Source: Dimargaris cristalligena
Lineage: Eukaryota
Assembly: GCA_003614675.1 (NCBI GenBank)
Contig: ML002208.1
Span: 1-64,000, forward strand
Length of the DNA: 64,000 nt
Reading direction: 5' to 3'
This document shows, piece after piece, positions 47,420 to 60,300 of this stretch. The number at the start of each line of letters is the position of its first letter. Positions within the stretch are counted from its first letter, which is position 1. The position numbers were made by a program, and so were the translations under genes. The notes beneath the pieces are model-generated. The model was not told the DNA's origin. It made no database searches and saw nothing but the letters and a program-made list of their open reading frames with translations.

Positions 47420-50400
47420 AGGTGGCCCTTCCCAGATCGTCGATTGCTGTGGTATTGCTTGCTACTACAGTACTTTCCGCGGTCATTTTTATTCGTCAAC
47501 ATGACGTATTAGCGGTCGTCCAACCCCGCTCCTCCCAATTCTACACGCACATAATAGGCGAAACAATGCCTGTCCAAACAACCTACATACTTTAATTGTT
47601 TTTACTCTATTTTACCATTCCAGCGAATTATATATTATTCATCATCAGTGCATCCCAACCTCCCCCTACTCACTAATATCTCTCCACTACTTTAACCACT
47701 TGTATACGCAGCCCAATTCCCCCCCTCCCCGGATATCTAATATCACGGACTTTCTCCAATGCCTTGCATTCAGCTCTGTTTTATTTTTTTCCCAATCGTC
47801 ATTTATTTTGAACGATTATTTAACTGCTTTATCCGGACCAACGGGGTTGGACTTGTTCCAAGTCCTCCCGACCTATTCATTCTATTAGAATATATCGCCC
47901 ATAAACACCTTTCGCCCCAAATTCTATTATTAACGGGGTTGGCAGTGGATGTGGGATTATAACAAATTCGCATTCTTGCATTTGCATACAGCTTGGGATT
48001 GTCTGCAACAGGGTGACTGTACACATGATCCCGATCGTATAAATTGGACACCATGTAATAAACGGTCCTTTAGGTTTATGGCTTTTAGGTATTAGATCCA
48101 GGGGCGGGGGATAAGTGACCCCCACTGTGGAAAAAGCCATTGGCGTCGTTTGGCCGGCCGGTTGATCATAGGCTAATAAACCGGGAATCCATACCTCCCT
48201 CTGGAAAGAAAGGGGTCATATAAGGGTAAACACTGGCGTAATATAGCACTCAAGTGGGATTCACAAACCACTCACCCCTGAATGGTATCAAGCCGATTAC
48301 TCCTGTTGGCAGGTTCGGAGAAGAGGGTGTAGGCTTTCGGACTTGGCTGTTCAGCAACGCCGAGCCCCTGGGGATGAGTGATCAGCCCCCTAGTGCCTCT
48401 CACTTTAGCTACCCCGCTAGTGGCTTGGATAGTTCTGTAAAACTCCCCTGATTATGAATAAGACACCAGTCCCTTAAGTCCGCCCCGCCAGCCGGTTGCA
48501 GCTCCGGCCAGGGTGTATATTGTACTACCAATAAGATTGGTCTTGGACTCTGGAGACTAGGAAATTCTTTTGAAAAACGATCATGCGGGAACTATGGCCA
48601 GGCATCGGCATAAATACCAAGCATCACCCTGTACCAGTATGCCGGTATTTCCGACAAAACAACTATTAAATGGAGTTGCGACACCGCCTCTCATCCCCCG
48701 AATTTTTCAATGGACGATCCGTACCCATTCCTTGGCAGCCACACCTAGGGTTAAAGACCCATTGATCGGAATGCATCATGCAGTTATGTCAATCACTCCC
48801 AATGTCTGGCATATGGCGGCCACCCAAAGGACAAGAGGAAGTCCCCCGTCTCAAGTGAGTATCAGGCGTTGTACTTCACCCCTAGGGGCAACGTACCTAC
48901 CTATACCCTCCCCCCCATCAATGTATCTCAGGGGTTCCGGCAATCGGACTTGGTTGATGACCTGCACCGGGAATAGCCGAGCCCCTATTGCCATTTCTAC
49001 CCCAGCCCCAAATGCATCAATGTGTGCACGGTATAGAGCAGGTGGGACAGATCTGGTGGAGGGCATTTTCATGGCTGATAAGATAGAGAGGGTGGCGCCG
49101 AATTTCCCTGGCCATTTAGACGCCCCTGGCGGACTTACCGACCTGCGCCAAGACCGATGCCCCGTCAGTGTCTCTACATCGCGAATATCGGTTCTTTGTA
49201 CAGCCGGCTGAACCCGTGGCAATTACAGATGGGGGTTATAGGGGACCACCGACTATCATGGACTATAGCCAGCGCAATGAATAGCGACCTCCTTTCCCAG
49301 TGGATCGATTGAAAATGAGCCGGCCGTACCCACGAGTCGTGCATCTGAACACAGCCAGCTGATTCCCGGTATTAACGAAAGACTATCCCAAACGGACTAT
49401 CCAACTATACGCCGGTGCGGCTATTACATTGCGTGGGTGGACTGAAAAAGGAAAAATTGGAATAAATGGTGATGAACTGTAAGGCCGACTGCTCATTTAA
49501 GTACACATGCAAAATTCACGGGAGCTGCATGGCCAGATGCGTAAACCAATCACTATCCAAACGCCGCTCTGGGTACGAAGCACCGCCGGAGATTGCAGGA
49601 GATGAAGACCATATAACACTGCCTTACTCAGGAGAAAGAGGTGGGGGGGGGGTGAAGGGGATGCGTCGGTAGGCTGGAGCGGAAAAGAGGGGCGCTGGGC
49701 CAATTTACTTATTTATTTTTATTATATTTAGATTAATATCCCTAGAGCTGGTCAACGTATGAAAAAAACCCAGCGGCCCACGGGCATTGCATGGTGTAAA
49801 TTAAATGGGCGGGGATTGGTGAAATGCCTCGCAAGACCGAATAACGTTTTACCTTCAATGGCCAATAGGTCCCCCCGTAAGTTGATGCCATAAGCTCTTT
49901 ACCTACCCGGCCGACTTCATCCTTCAGTGGAGGGATACGCCCTCCTTTGCAATTGTGTGGTAGAGAGGGCCCCCCCGGGATTGAATCGCGCTGCATCGTC
50001 ATTTCAAGGGGACTTCTCCCGACTGGTTCTACCCAGGGGCTAGACCACTTGGCCAGTCCGTCGCCTAACACCGAAGAGCAGAGGTACGGCGACATCTGAC
50101 CGCCGCCCCTAGTTCATTGGTCTCGCGGGCGATGAGTCTCGCCCTTGGTGTGAGTGGTATTTTCTTATCAGGGGTAGCATTGTACCGTATATTGTATGAC
50201 CAAATGAACCTTGGAATACCACTGAATTGAGAGAATTCCTATAGTATACATAAAAATAATGGCGAAACAATGGGTGCGGGTGCTTGTGTGTGTCTGTGTA
50301 TGTGAGTATGTGTGGGTGGGTGTATGAGGAATAAACCGGACTAGAATATAGGTGAACAATCATAATTAATTTACTGGTTCTAAGGCGAAGGAAGGGGTAG

Positions 50401-53400
50401 CACAATAGAGGGGTCGATAGTAATATCGAGCCAATCTAATCATTCCCTAGATATTGGGTGGTCGTGTGTATGAGAGGGAAGGGTGTTTTTCCAGTTCATT
50501 AAACATGACCCTCCCTATTTGTTGGTGGAAAATTGGGGAGGGCGAACATGGTACCCGTCCGCTTGGTGAACTGCAGATGGGGGGGAGGGTCTATCGTGTC
50601 CCTGAAGCCTTGCCATGACGGCCCAGGGGCTTAATTTAACACCCCGTCTCTTTAATAAACCCAACCCTAGCCTCCTCCTCCGTCCATGCTAATAGCCCTA
50701 GAATTGAACAAATATTAGTGCGGGGAATCCAGTTTGCGTAGGCATATATGGGGCTGGGTGATTGGGATTCGTTGAATTAGGTTTCGGGAAATGGTTAGGC
50801 TATTGGTGCTGTCCTTCACGTAATAGCCAGTACGGGGTCCGCGTCTGCACCCAGAAATACGTCGGGTGACTGGAGGTATTTGATGATGATAATAGAGCGG
50901 CTGACATATGGCATAGTATCCATAGAACTGGCACGCGGAACCATGCTCTTATACAGTAGGCCACGTTTGTCCAGTATACACCTAAACCATTTATTTATCT
51001 CCACCCATCTATATGGTAGTCATCGGCATTCCTATTAGTATCATCAGTGTTCGTATCGCTGAATCCAGTGGCCTTCAGCAAATAATTCACCAATCATGGC
51101 ATGGACCATTTGGTTTAGGTTGACTAATTTTTATTAGAAATTGTATACACTTGGTATTGCAAATACACGTAGTCGGATGCTAGGCCAATACTGAAACTCG
51201 CATCCGGACTATTCTTCTAATATCGGCAGCAGTACATTTCTATTGAAAGATGCTTCTACGAATACTCGGTTACGTTTCCATTGCCGCTATTCCATCCCTT
51301 CATTCACACCACCCACCCGCGTTCCGTTGGCGGTAACCCCCAAAGTTTGTAGACCTGATTTACCCTTTTATGAAAGGTAATGAGCAGGTCCACATCAATT
51401 GGCATATTTTTCACAGACATACACATACCCCTTATAAATCTGCACTGCCATGCGGCAGCCTTCCCCTACCCGCCGCCTATTTTTACCCACTCACCGGGAT
51501 CTTTGGCTGGGGTAGGAGCCCATTTCGGATTGGCCTTGAATACCACAACCAGCCTGCTGTCGAGTCATTATACCCCAGCCACATATCGACGTATCATACG
51601 AAAAAAATAAAGTACAATAATGGATTGAATGGCAAATGATGCTAAAACGGGAGACTGTAATTTCCCGAGATCCCGTATCTTGCGAAGTGGTTGTGGGTAT
51701 ATTTTCCCTACCACTGTTCTCGGTGGATGGTATTATTATGTATTACCAATTTATTAAATATGCTCATATGATACATTCAAGGTCAGCTTATCGGGATTTA
51801 GAGCAACGGTGTGAAAAACTCTAAAGCAACTTCTGACTGACAGTCCCTTTGCCGAACGGTACTGCGTTGGACCTTTACTCACCCATACTCTCCCTCCCAA
51901 AGCCCAACTGACTTTTGGTAGTTGAGGCCAGGGGTTCGAGCAGTGCCCTAAACTAGTATTACATACTACGTCGTATTGTATTTGGGCGTGTCTGTGGGCC
52001 AATGTTCCCCTGTGAGAACCGCGCCGCAACAGGGGTTCAAAGAAGTCCTTCTGGCCCAGTCTGACCCGCGGTCGCTGCAGCACTGTATTGGGGCATGTGC
52101 ATTATTTAGTGATGAGGGGAGAAAGGGGGGTGTGGTGATGGTCGTTTCTCGGTCCTAGGTAAGGTGAGTCGAGTCTTGTTTTAGTACTGCTTAGGGTTGT
52201 TTCCTATCAAAAACAGGCATAAGCCTGATTCTGTTACGGCAGTATACTAGGCGGACTCCCCAGCAGTGATGCTCTCTGCAGCGAACACCAGCCGCTGAAT
52301 AATTCCGGGGTAGTTATTATTAGGTCAGCTGGTCTAGTGGTGCGTGGGGGAAAGCAACCGGCTTACCATCCTTGTGGGCACCTGGGTATTTAGTATATGG
52401 ACCATACTCGTAGTTTTTAGAATATGGAGCCATTGGTGGTGTATATTTGAAGGGGTGTTGTCGCTCAATTCCTCGAGTTAACTAGCCATTATTCATTAAA
52501 GGAACTACCAACCTCTGAATGGGATATTCATCCTGAGAGTTGACTGATGTATGGCCGCTGGTGACCTATAATTTATTATCTTAACCTTTGATTGAATAGA
52601 TTTAGGGGAGGCAACAGGACATGCATGATGTGATTCAGAGTCTGAAAAAGACATCCCTATTCTTTCCCGAAAGGTCTGAGAATGGGGGGGGTGATAACCC
52701 GGCAGTCCCCATCAAGGGTTGTCACGAGAATATTTGGCTACGTGGGCTTAGTCGTTTGACAGCTTCGCCCAAATGAAGGTTGGTAATAGTTCGCCCAGAA
52801 GGAGTCACACTGGTATAAATTCTTTGTTAGCCAAAAGGACTGGGAACTTTTGGTGGCGACAACATACTCCTATTTTACGCTCTCTAAACGGGACCAGCTG
52901 GTCCCTTTGTGAGCAGCCGAAGTAGATTCTAACCTAATAGGAGTCGACATATGGTCATTTATGCCCCGGCTGGGCGGACATGTCAACTCCGCTTGCAAGT
53001 GGCACAGATTTGTTGCAACAATCATCTATACAGCAACACCCGGGGTGGCAGGCGCAAACATGGCCGACTCCCGTTAGAAGAGGGGCTAGTTTCCCCCATT
53101 CCCTCTTCCCTTGGATTATATAATATTGGTTTAGGCGGTACTTCCGTCTTGAGCGCCTACGTTGCAGAGGGCCTATTAGTGCAAATCCTAGCTGTCAAAA
53201 ATATTAAAAAGAAGAGAACTGATTATCTCAGGATACAAAGGCAATCCCTTCGTCACTGGTCTAGACGGGTCGAATTCTCTTTTAACGTGTTCTTCTTTTG
53301 GCCGGGACATGAAAGGGAAGGGGGGTGTTTGAACTGTTCCATTCTAAAAGACACCAGTCTGGGTGATAATGGATCAGCCCTGGCCATGGTACCAGCTCAG

Positions 53401-54433
53401 CGCCGCGGCATTAGCCAATGGAAATGGTTGGTGGAGTTCAATTTGTAGCTCATTTTTCTAACCTGCTAAATAAGGGCAGAGTGGAGCCACCACATCAGGT
53501 ATACCAAACAAGTACCCCTCTCCCTTCCGCCCAAAGTCGATTTTGACAGGTTGACAGCCCTAAACCAGGTGGACTGGTCCAAGGGACAGTATTCCTTTGT
53601 TTAATCAGATTACAATAGATTCCAAGACGGATGGTCACCTTCTGGATAACCGACCGCACATTTTCTCTCTCTATTCTAGATGTACTTTGTTTTGTGAAAG
53701 TACTCAAGGGCACCCTGGCCCATTTCTGTAATCCCCTCCGTGAATGGTATCTAGAACTCTCCACTTTAGGCCAGCTGAGGCCCAAGGGTGCACTGGAGTT
53801 GACTGAATTGCCCGCAGTTTACTCGAAACCTGCTCCTTTGCTAGGAGCGTCATCTCTATGCATATCACCGGTTTTCAGGTGGATTCAGCCCGATAAAGTG
53901 GGAATGCTGTGGTCTACTCATATTACCCCCCCCCAGCCGCCTACGAGTCCAATGGAGTGCGCCAACTCCACCGGAAGACATTCATTAAGGAAAACGCCGT
54001 GATTGAGACAACCCACCGGTTTCACGACGCAAGATGCATGGTGCATCCTACGGTATCCGGATAAAGTGCTGGTCTTTCATCGGCAAGGACGGCACGAAGG
54101 ACATTAATTAAAACCAGTGGAAAATTGACACCCATCCTAGCTTTAAGAACTAACTTGGCTCGAATGGTTTAAGAAGCGGAAAGTGGAGAGACTTCAGATG
54201 AACCATTGTCAATGGCTCAATTAATCCATATTGAAGCGAGCAGCGTACGTCAAACAAACAGGGTCAAAGTGTCTTGCGGATTGTCGGAAAAAGCACAGCA
54301 TGTTGGGGTGGGAACAAGTATAGACAAGTTGACTGGGATGTAGACTGGTTATAGTGAATGGTTGGCCATTGTATTGGCTGGACGAAACTGGTGGATAGGT
54401 TTTTATTCTGTTTACTGACTTTAACAAAGAGCA

Positions 54434-54471
54434 AGAGAGAGTGTGTGTGTGTCTGTGTGTGTGGGGGGGGG
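54434..54471. repeat. Compound (GA)(GT)(G) microsatellite
   Basis: agagagagtgtgtgtgtgtctgtgtgtgtggggggggg. Confidence 0.7.
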
Positions 54472-56167
54472 ATAAGGTCAATCACCTCGTTTTCTTCCAA
54501 CTGAGTTCAAGGGGCCCCGGTATCTTCCCATATCTATCTACTCGGTACAGACCCTTCCTTGATTAAAGTGGGTATACGAAGACCGAGGTGGGGTGTTCGG
54601 CTGCTACGAAGGAAGTTCTTCACCAAGGCTGGGAACGGAGTCACTGGATATATTTCAGGGAGGGACGGCCGACCATCTACTGTAGTCACTTTTCCCAGAT
54701 GGACCCTCTCGCCTAGGTAACAAAGACCGTATCTCCCACCCTCCCCGGTTCAGTGGAAGGTAAACTTGGTTCCTTTGATTTCCAGATTCGGAAAAAAATA
54801 TGGTTAATGTTTATATATTGGCTTGTGGAGAAGATAGGGATGTCCCACATAGTTCAATTTAGGGGCCCGAGTGGTAGAGCCCAATTTGAGGGTAAAGCAC
54901 CCCACAACTTAGACTGAGATTGCTTTCCGTGTTTGGTAACCCATCTCTTGACTGTTGTATTTCAGAAGGATCGGCTTCCCTTCTGACACGTCAATCATTT
55001 CACGGGAAAACCTAGGGAGGGGGGAGAAAAAGGGATAATGTTTCTTATTTCGCCAATACTCAGGTGTGGTTAAGCTACGGGGGCGTTTGGATACCAAACC
55101 TGGCATGACCGTTGTTGTCCCTCCCCCTTACCGTAACGTTTCGTCGGGATTCTTGTCGCCCCAAAAGCCCCTATTCCAATATATATATCTGGTTTAACAC
55201 ACCGCCTAAATCGACCAACTAAGCTACTTATTGGAGGTCCGCCCATTTGGGCCAAACCGTTGATGCAGTAGGCCTGGAACTCGAGTACCAAATCCGTACT
55301 TATTACTGGTTATATTAGACCAGGTACATCTTAGGGGTGGGGAGCAGTGTTGGCTTTCATTATCAGCCGCAAGCCACAGATCCCTTCCCTTTCTTGATAG
55401 CCGGATGCCAATATACGGCGGATTTGTTGGGTTTCCCCGGTGGGTCAGGGTAATTCCCAATAATTGCATCAATGTGGCTAAAGGGGCCCTGTAGCGTATC
55501 AGTGATGCCTAAAGGTCGGGGTTCTCCAAAATCTGCGGATATAACCGCCACCCCAGCAAATACGCACGGTTCGCGCAATATTCCATATAGGCGGCCCGCT
55601 GTTTGATATGTAGAAGCCTCTTAGTGCAGCATTACAAAATTAATCATGGTATATATTTAAGTGGCCTACTCCAGGGTATATCACCTTCGCACTTGTAACA
55701 AGCCCGGATGGGCCAGTGGAAATATTCACCATTATACTAAACCATAAAATTCTAGAGATCCACCACATCGCTGATAGGTATGCCTTTCCTTTCCAAAAGG
55801 GCCCCGGCGGAAGGGCAAATCCCCCCGGTATAATGCGGTATAACACGCCACCTTACTCAGGGCATTCCGTACCGGGCGGTGTAGAATAGGAAGGGCGAAT
55901 CCAGGGCCTGGCATTGCCCGCCCGGATCTTTGGTACAACACACTCTCGGTTCCCGAATATGCTCCAATATTTAAAGTAGCCAGCCTTTAATTGCCAATCT
56001 CATATTCAATGAGGAAGGGGCTCGGAAATACAATTAATCGAAAGGCGAAATGGCAGTACACCTACGTCTACTTTCCAGATACGCAAGCACACACACACAC
56101 GCACACAAAGAGAGAATGTTATCAGGATATATAAAAAATGAAGATGCTAATACGGGATGGAAAGGTA

Positions 56168-57151
56168 TTACGGTTGATTCCCGTACATAATACGTATGCC
56201 GAGGAGGGCTTGTCCCTTACGCTGTTGCAGAATTTTGGTCAACCGGGCGGCGCTGGTGGTCGGTGATGGCACGCTGTGTTCCCGAACGATACGGTTAGCA
56301 ATATCCGCTGGGTTATCGTGCTCGAAGACCTTGACTCGGTGTAGCGCCCGGTTGTGTAGCTCTACGTCCGCGGTGAACAGGTGGCGGCCGCGACGGTGTG
56401 AGGATGGGGGTTGGCCTGAATGATGATGGGAAGGCATTGGATAGGAGCCCGAAAGCGGGGGGAGACCCAGGGGTAGTGGGTTGGTAGCCACCGCCCGGAT
56501 GGGTGCGGCAGAATAGGTCAGGGTGGGGGTGGAGCTGGGTACTCGCGCCAGAGGAACGGCTTTCAAGGCGGGGACACTGGAGGTGGGATGCGTAGCGGAG
56601 TCGCTAGCCAAAGGGGGTTTGCTGGAGGGGACGAATGGTCGTACCAGCCCCAGCTTGGTGGATTTGGGATACGAGGGGCTATTCCGGGCCGGTAAGCTAT
56701 TCGGGAGAGTTTCAAATAGGGAGGCGGTCGGGGGTAGTTCCATGGGCGGGTCCAGCGGCGGAGTATCGGGTAGTCGAGGGAAACTCACTACCGAAGACTC
56801 GGGGTAGGGCGAATAAGGAGGGGCGTCAAACGAAGTGGCCGAACCCGGCGGAGCGTCGCCCGCGGTAAAAGCCGGCCGGGGTGTCGGGGTGGTAGGAGCT
56901 GACTGCTTGGCAGAACCGGGCGGGGGAGGCGGTTGGACCGAAGCCTTCAATGCGGCTATGTTTTTAACCACGGAGGGGTCATTGGGGTCGCGAATGATAA
57001 TGGTCTGGGAGGTACGCTTGATGAGGGTCGGCTTGAATGCGGGGGCGGCGGCCGAGAGGAACGAGAAGGCCGGGGGCGACTGGTCGGTCAATAAACTCGG
57101 ACGGGCCTTGGGACCTAGGGCCCCGGGCGGAGTTTGGGTGGTTTGAACCAT
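56168..57151 (-). CDS. Pro-rich orphan protein with N-terminal PABP-interaction-like motifs and a small C-terminal globular domain
   Basis: 327-aa ORF starting at accATGG. LSAAAPAFKP and KRTSQTIIIRDPN lie near the N-terminus; the C-terminus is LFTADVELH...RVKVFEHDNPADIANRIVREH...LTKILQQRK. Confidence 0.8.
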   Translation of the reverse strand: MVQTTQTPPGALGPKARPSLLTDQSPPAFSFLSAAAPAFKPTLIKRTSQTIIIRDPNDPSVVKNIAALKASVQPPPPPGSAKQSAPTTPTPRPAFTAGDAPPGSATSFDAPPYSPYPESSVVSFPRLPDTPPLDPPMELPPTASLFETLPNSLPARNSPSYPKSTKLGLVRPFVPSSKPPLASDSATHPTSSVPALKAVPLARVPSSTPTLTYSAAPIRAVATNPLPLGLPPLSGSYPMPSHHHSGQPPSSHRRGRHLFTADVELHNRALHRVKVFEHDNPADIANRIVREHSVPSPTTSAARLTKILQQRKGQALLGIRIMYGNQP

Positions 57152-57237
57152 GCTGAGCGGGTACAGATGGTCAGCGGCTCACGGGTTTACTTGGAGTACC
57201 AATGGAAAAGGACTAGACTGGGAGGGGCTGTGAGATG

Positions 57238-57302
57238 AGCGTGGGGGTTAGACTGGAGAATGCTGGAAGCGTGGGGGTTAGACCGGAGAATGCTGGAAGC
57301 GT
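57238..57302. repeat. 30-bp tandem duplication (about 2.2 copies, 1 mismatch)
   Basis: gtgggggttagac(t/c)ggagaatgctggaagc at 57241-57270 and 57271-57300. Confidence 0.9.
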
Positions 57303-60300
57303 CGACGTAAGGGAGCACGGGGAGCCTAGCCAAGGATAGATGAAGGAGAAAAAAATGCGGAAGAGCAATGGCAATTAATAGTAGAACCTAACGGCGGCAT
57401 GCCCGAGATGAGACGGCTTCCCGCTCGAAGACAGCCACAGGGAAGTGATTATTAGGGGAGATAGAAGCAGTGTATAAGTTCACGGCCCCAGGCTTGTGCA
57501 ACCCAGTCGTCTCCGGCTAAAGGTTTGCGGCCTTTAGTGCGGGAAATGGACATGCCATGTCTAATTGGCACTATCTGGCCGCCCTTTTGGGAATACCAAC
57601 GGCCTGGTCCGAACGACTACAAGGCGGGGAGTTTTTTTTTTCACAAGTATTTATATATATATATATATCTATGCGGGAAATCGGGCGGGATCATCATGGG
57701 CGACTATATAGGAGGAGACTTTGGATTCGAGGCACACCGCTCAGGTATTTCCCTACTCTTAAAGACCCCCCTCTCCCCCAGGCCCTTTGGCAATGAGCCC
57801 TTCAACAGGTCCACGCTTCGGCCTATCTCGGTTGGCTAAATTAAAGGCAAAACTAGCCGGCGTTTCCGTCGGGTACTAGGATTGCTCCTTGCTATTTCTC
57901 CGGTTTCAACACTTTTTGGAAAACACTCCCATATCGACTTCTATATTCACCCCTAAATAATTTATGTTCGTCAACTGGTGGATCTCGGTTCCTAGAAACC
58001 GATCTCTCGATTGGCTGTGGCATTGCACTGATCCCAAGGGACAGTAGTCCTCCCAGGCTCGTAAATTCCGGCTATTTGTAGAACTCCAAGGGTTGTTCAG
58101 TTCTCGCCTTCGGCATTTGGCCAACCAACCCCCCTTTAAAACGCCAATTAGTCGTTAGAATTTCCAAGTGATTAATAAAATGCCCCCCAGTCATATTCGG
58201 AAAATAATCCGGGATCTCATTGGAAACATCTCGAGGCCTCCGACTTCAAAATTTGTTGATATCAATCGGCGTTACTCCGAGAGAGTCACTTCCAATTCCC
58301 TTGAATAAGACAGTCTCCGACTGTTTAATATTCCTAATAGTCGGATGTTAGGGATAGCAAAGGCGGATTTTCACAGTATATAGTATTCCTAATCTCAGGC
58401 TTAAGCGCCCCTGACCCTGCACTTATTTTAACAACTTCCCGGCAGTTGACTTGCAACGAATTGGGAAATACATTATCTTCCAAATATTAGACTAGTATTA
58501 TGTGGACCAGGGTCTCCCATAAAGAATGGCCGATCCCTATTTCTTTGGCGAGAGAAAATACCGAGCAGCTTCTCCTGCTATGATTGGATTCGGGGTTTAA
58601 ATCAACCGGCTCGCCATATTACTAGAAATTTTGATGTGGATGGCGCCCAGTTTGCAACTTGCAAAAAAAACTGCCTTTCGTATATGATACATCGTTTTTT
58701 TTATACATCCTCCCCCGGTTTTCATTCCTTGCTCCCCGGCGGATATGTACAGAGAGGGGGGGGGTAAAAGGGGGTGGCGTAAGTCAATATCCGGTCGCCT
58801 TCACTGCGTCGCAGGACCCTTAATTTAATCCAGGCGGACAATCAAAGAGGCAGCTGACACCCCCCCCCCCGCTTACAATCCCCGTACCCTGAATATCCCT
58901 CCTCCATTTTGACTAAGCAAATACAGGAATCGGGGTGTTAGTGCTAATAAGGGCGAGCCACGGTCCATAATGACAGACTTTCGAGGTCTCCGCCCCCCAC
59001 TGTGGGATTATTAATAATACGGAGCTGGTCTGGCCAATACTGTCGATTTCGTCAAGACATTGAGTCATGGCAGATGCCTACCAAAAAGTAAAGGGTGCTC
59101 TGCCACCGTCGTCTATGCCCTATTATTACCCCCCTCCTTCTTCAGATCGGGTCAGTGATATTTTTAGATTGGCTTTTAAGCTTCAGCGGCAGGTATTTTT
59201 AGATTTTGGCTTCTCGACATGCCATACAAGAGGCCCTCAGTCGGATTGAATCCAACAATGCCCGCCAGGTTGACCAGCCGCCGCTTCACCATTCAGCGTT
59301 GCACCTCCGTCAGCGTCCATTACAATGATTTACCGCCTATAGACGCACCTCTGCCTCCATGGACTGCGGGTCGCTAACCAGGTTTCTACCGACACTGAAT
59401 GAACGGCGGTTAGCCCAAACTGGGTGGTATTCGGGCCATTTTCCGTCTTTCTAATGGAAAGCATCCATGACGTGGGGGAAGGAGTGGGGCGGGATTTCCG
59501 GGCCCTTAATTCAACAGGGTCGGGTCAGTCGCAGAAACCTAGCCGCCACGTGGGGAGTGCTGTCAGGGGGAGGGGGTGTTGCGGGACACGCAGCGAATAT
59601 TAATAACCCAACTCAGGTGTAGGTAGACGTCTCGCCTTCCATCTATATTCCTCTCACTTTGGGAGAAGAAGCCACCGATCAAAAGCCTGCGGCCTGCAAG
59701 CCTATTCAATTTCTAGAACAGGCTTCCGAAGTTCGCAAAATGTTAATGCCTCGGGCCAGCTTAGATTGCCACACCATGTGAGCGGGATGCTATAGGGACT
59801 GGAAATCCACCCAGAGGGTTTCTTTTTATTGGTACACTTCCATAGAAGAGGACCGGAGGGTCGAGCTGAATCTAAGCCGCGCTAATTGGGAACCGGTGGA
59901 CCCACGGTCGATTCCAGTCACTGACTTGGGGGGGGGGGCATTCGCCCAGAGAGTATACCTAACTGCCTAATCGGGCCAAACTGGAGTAGACCGTGTAATC
60001 CCTGACTCCGCTCAGCATGTTTCCAAACACCAGGTGGCACTGCGTAATGTTTGCCTACTCATCCCTCGCTATTTCAAGGGGGAAATAAATGACACACTCG
60101 TCGAGACCTGGCCCCTTCACTGCGCAACGTGGCCGGCTCCCGAGTGACGCTGGTATGGTCGGGCGGTTACCCAACTGTGCATGCCCCCCACACCCAGCCA
60201 AACAGCCATCTTAAATTGAAAAGTGGGGGGAGGGTAACGAAGGTCGGGTTTGTTTTGCATCTCCATTTATGGGGGAAGGGTTAATTGGTTTGGGGGTCCT

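Noticed and set aside
54861-54905. AGTGGTAGAGC resembling a tRNA A-box
   Set aside because: No downstream GTTCRA B-box or cloverleaf.
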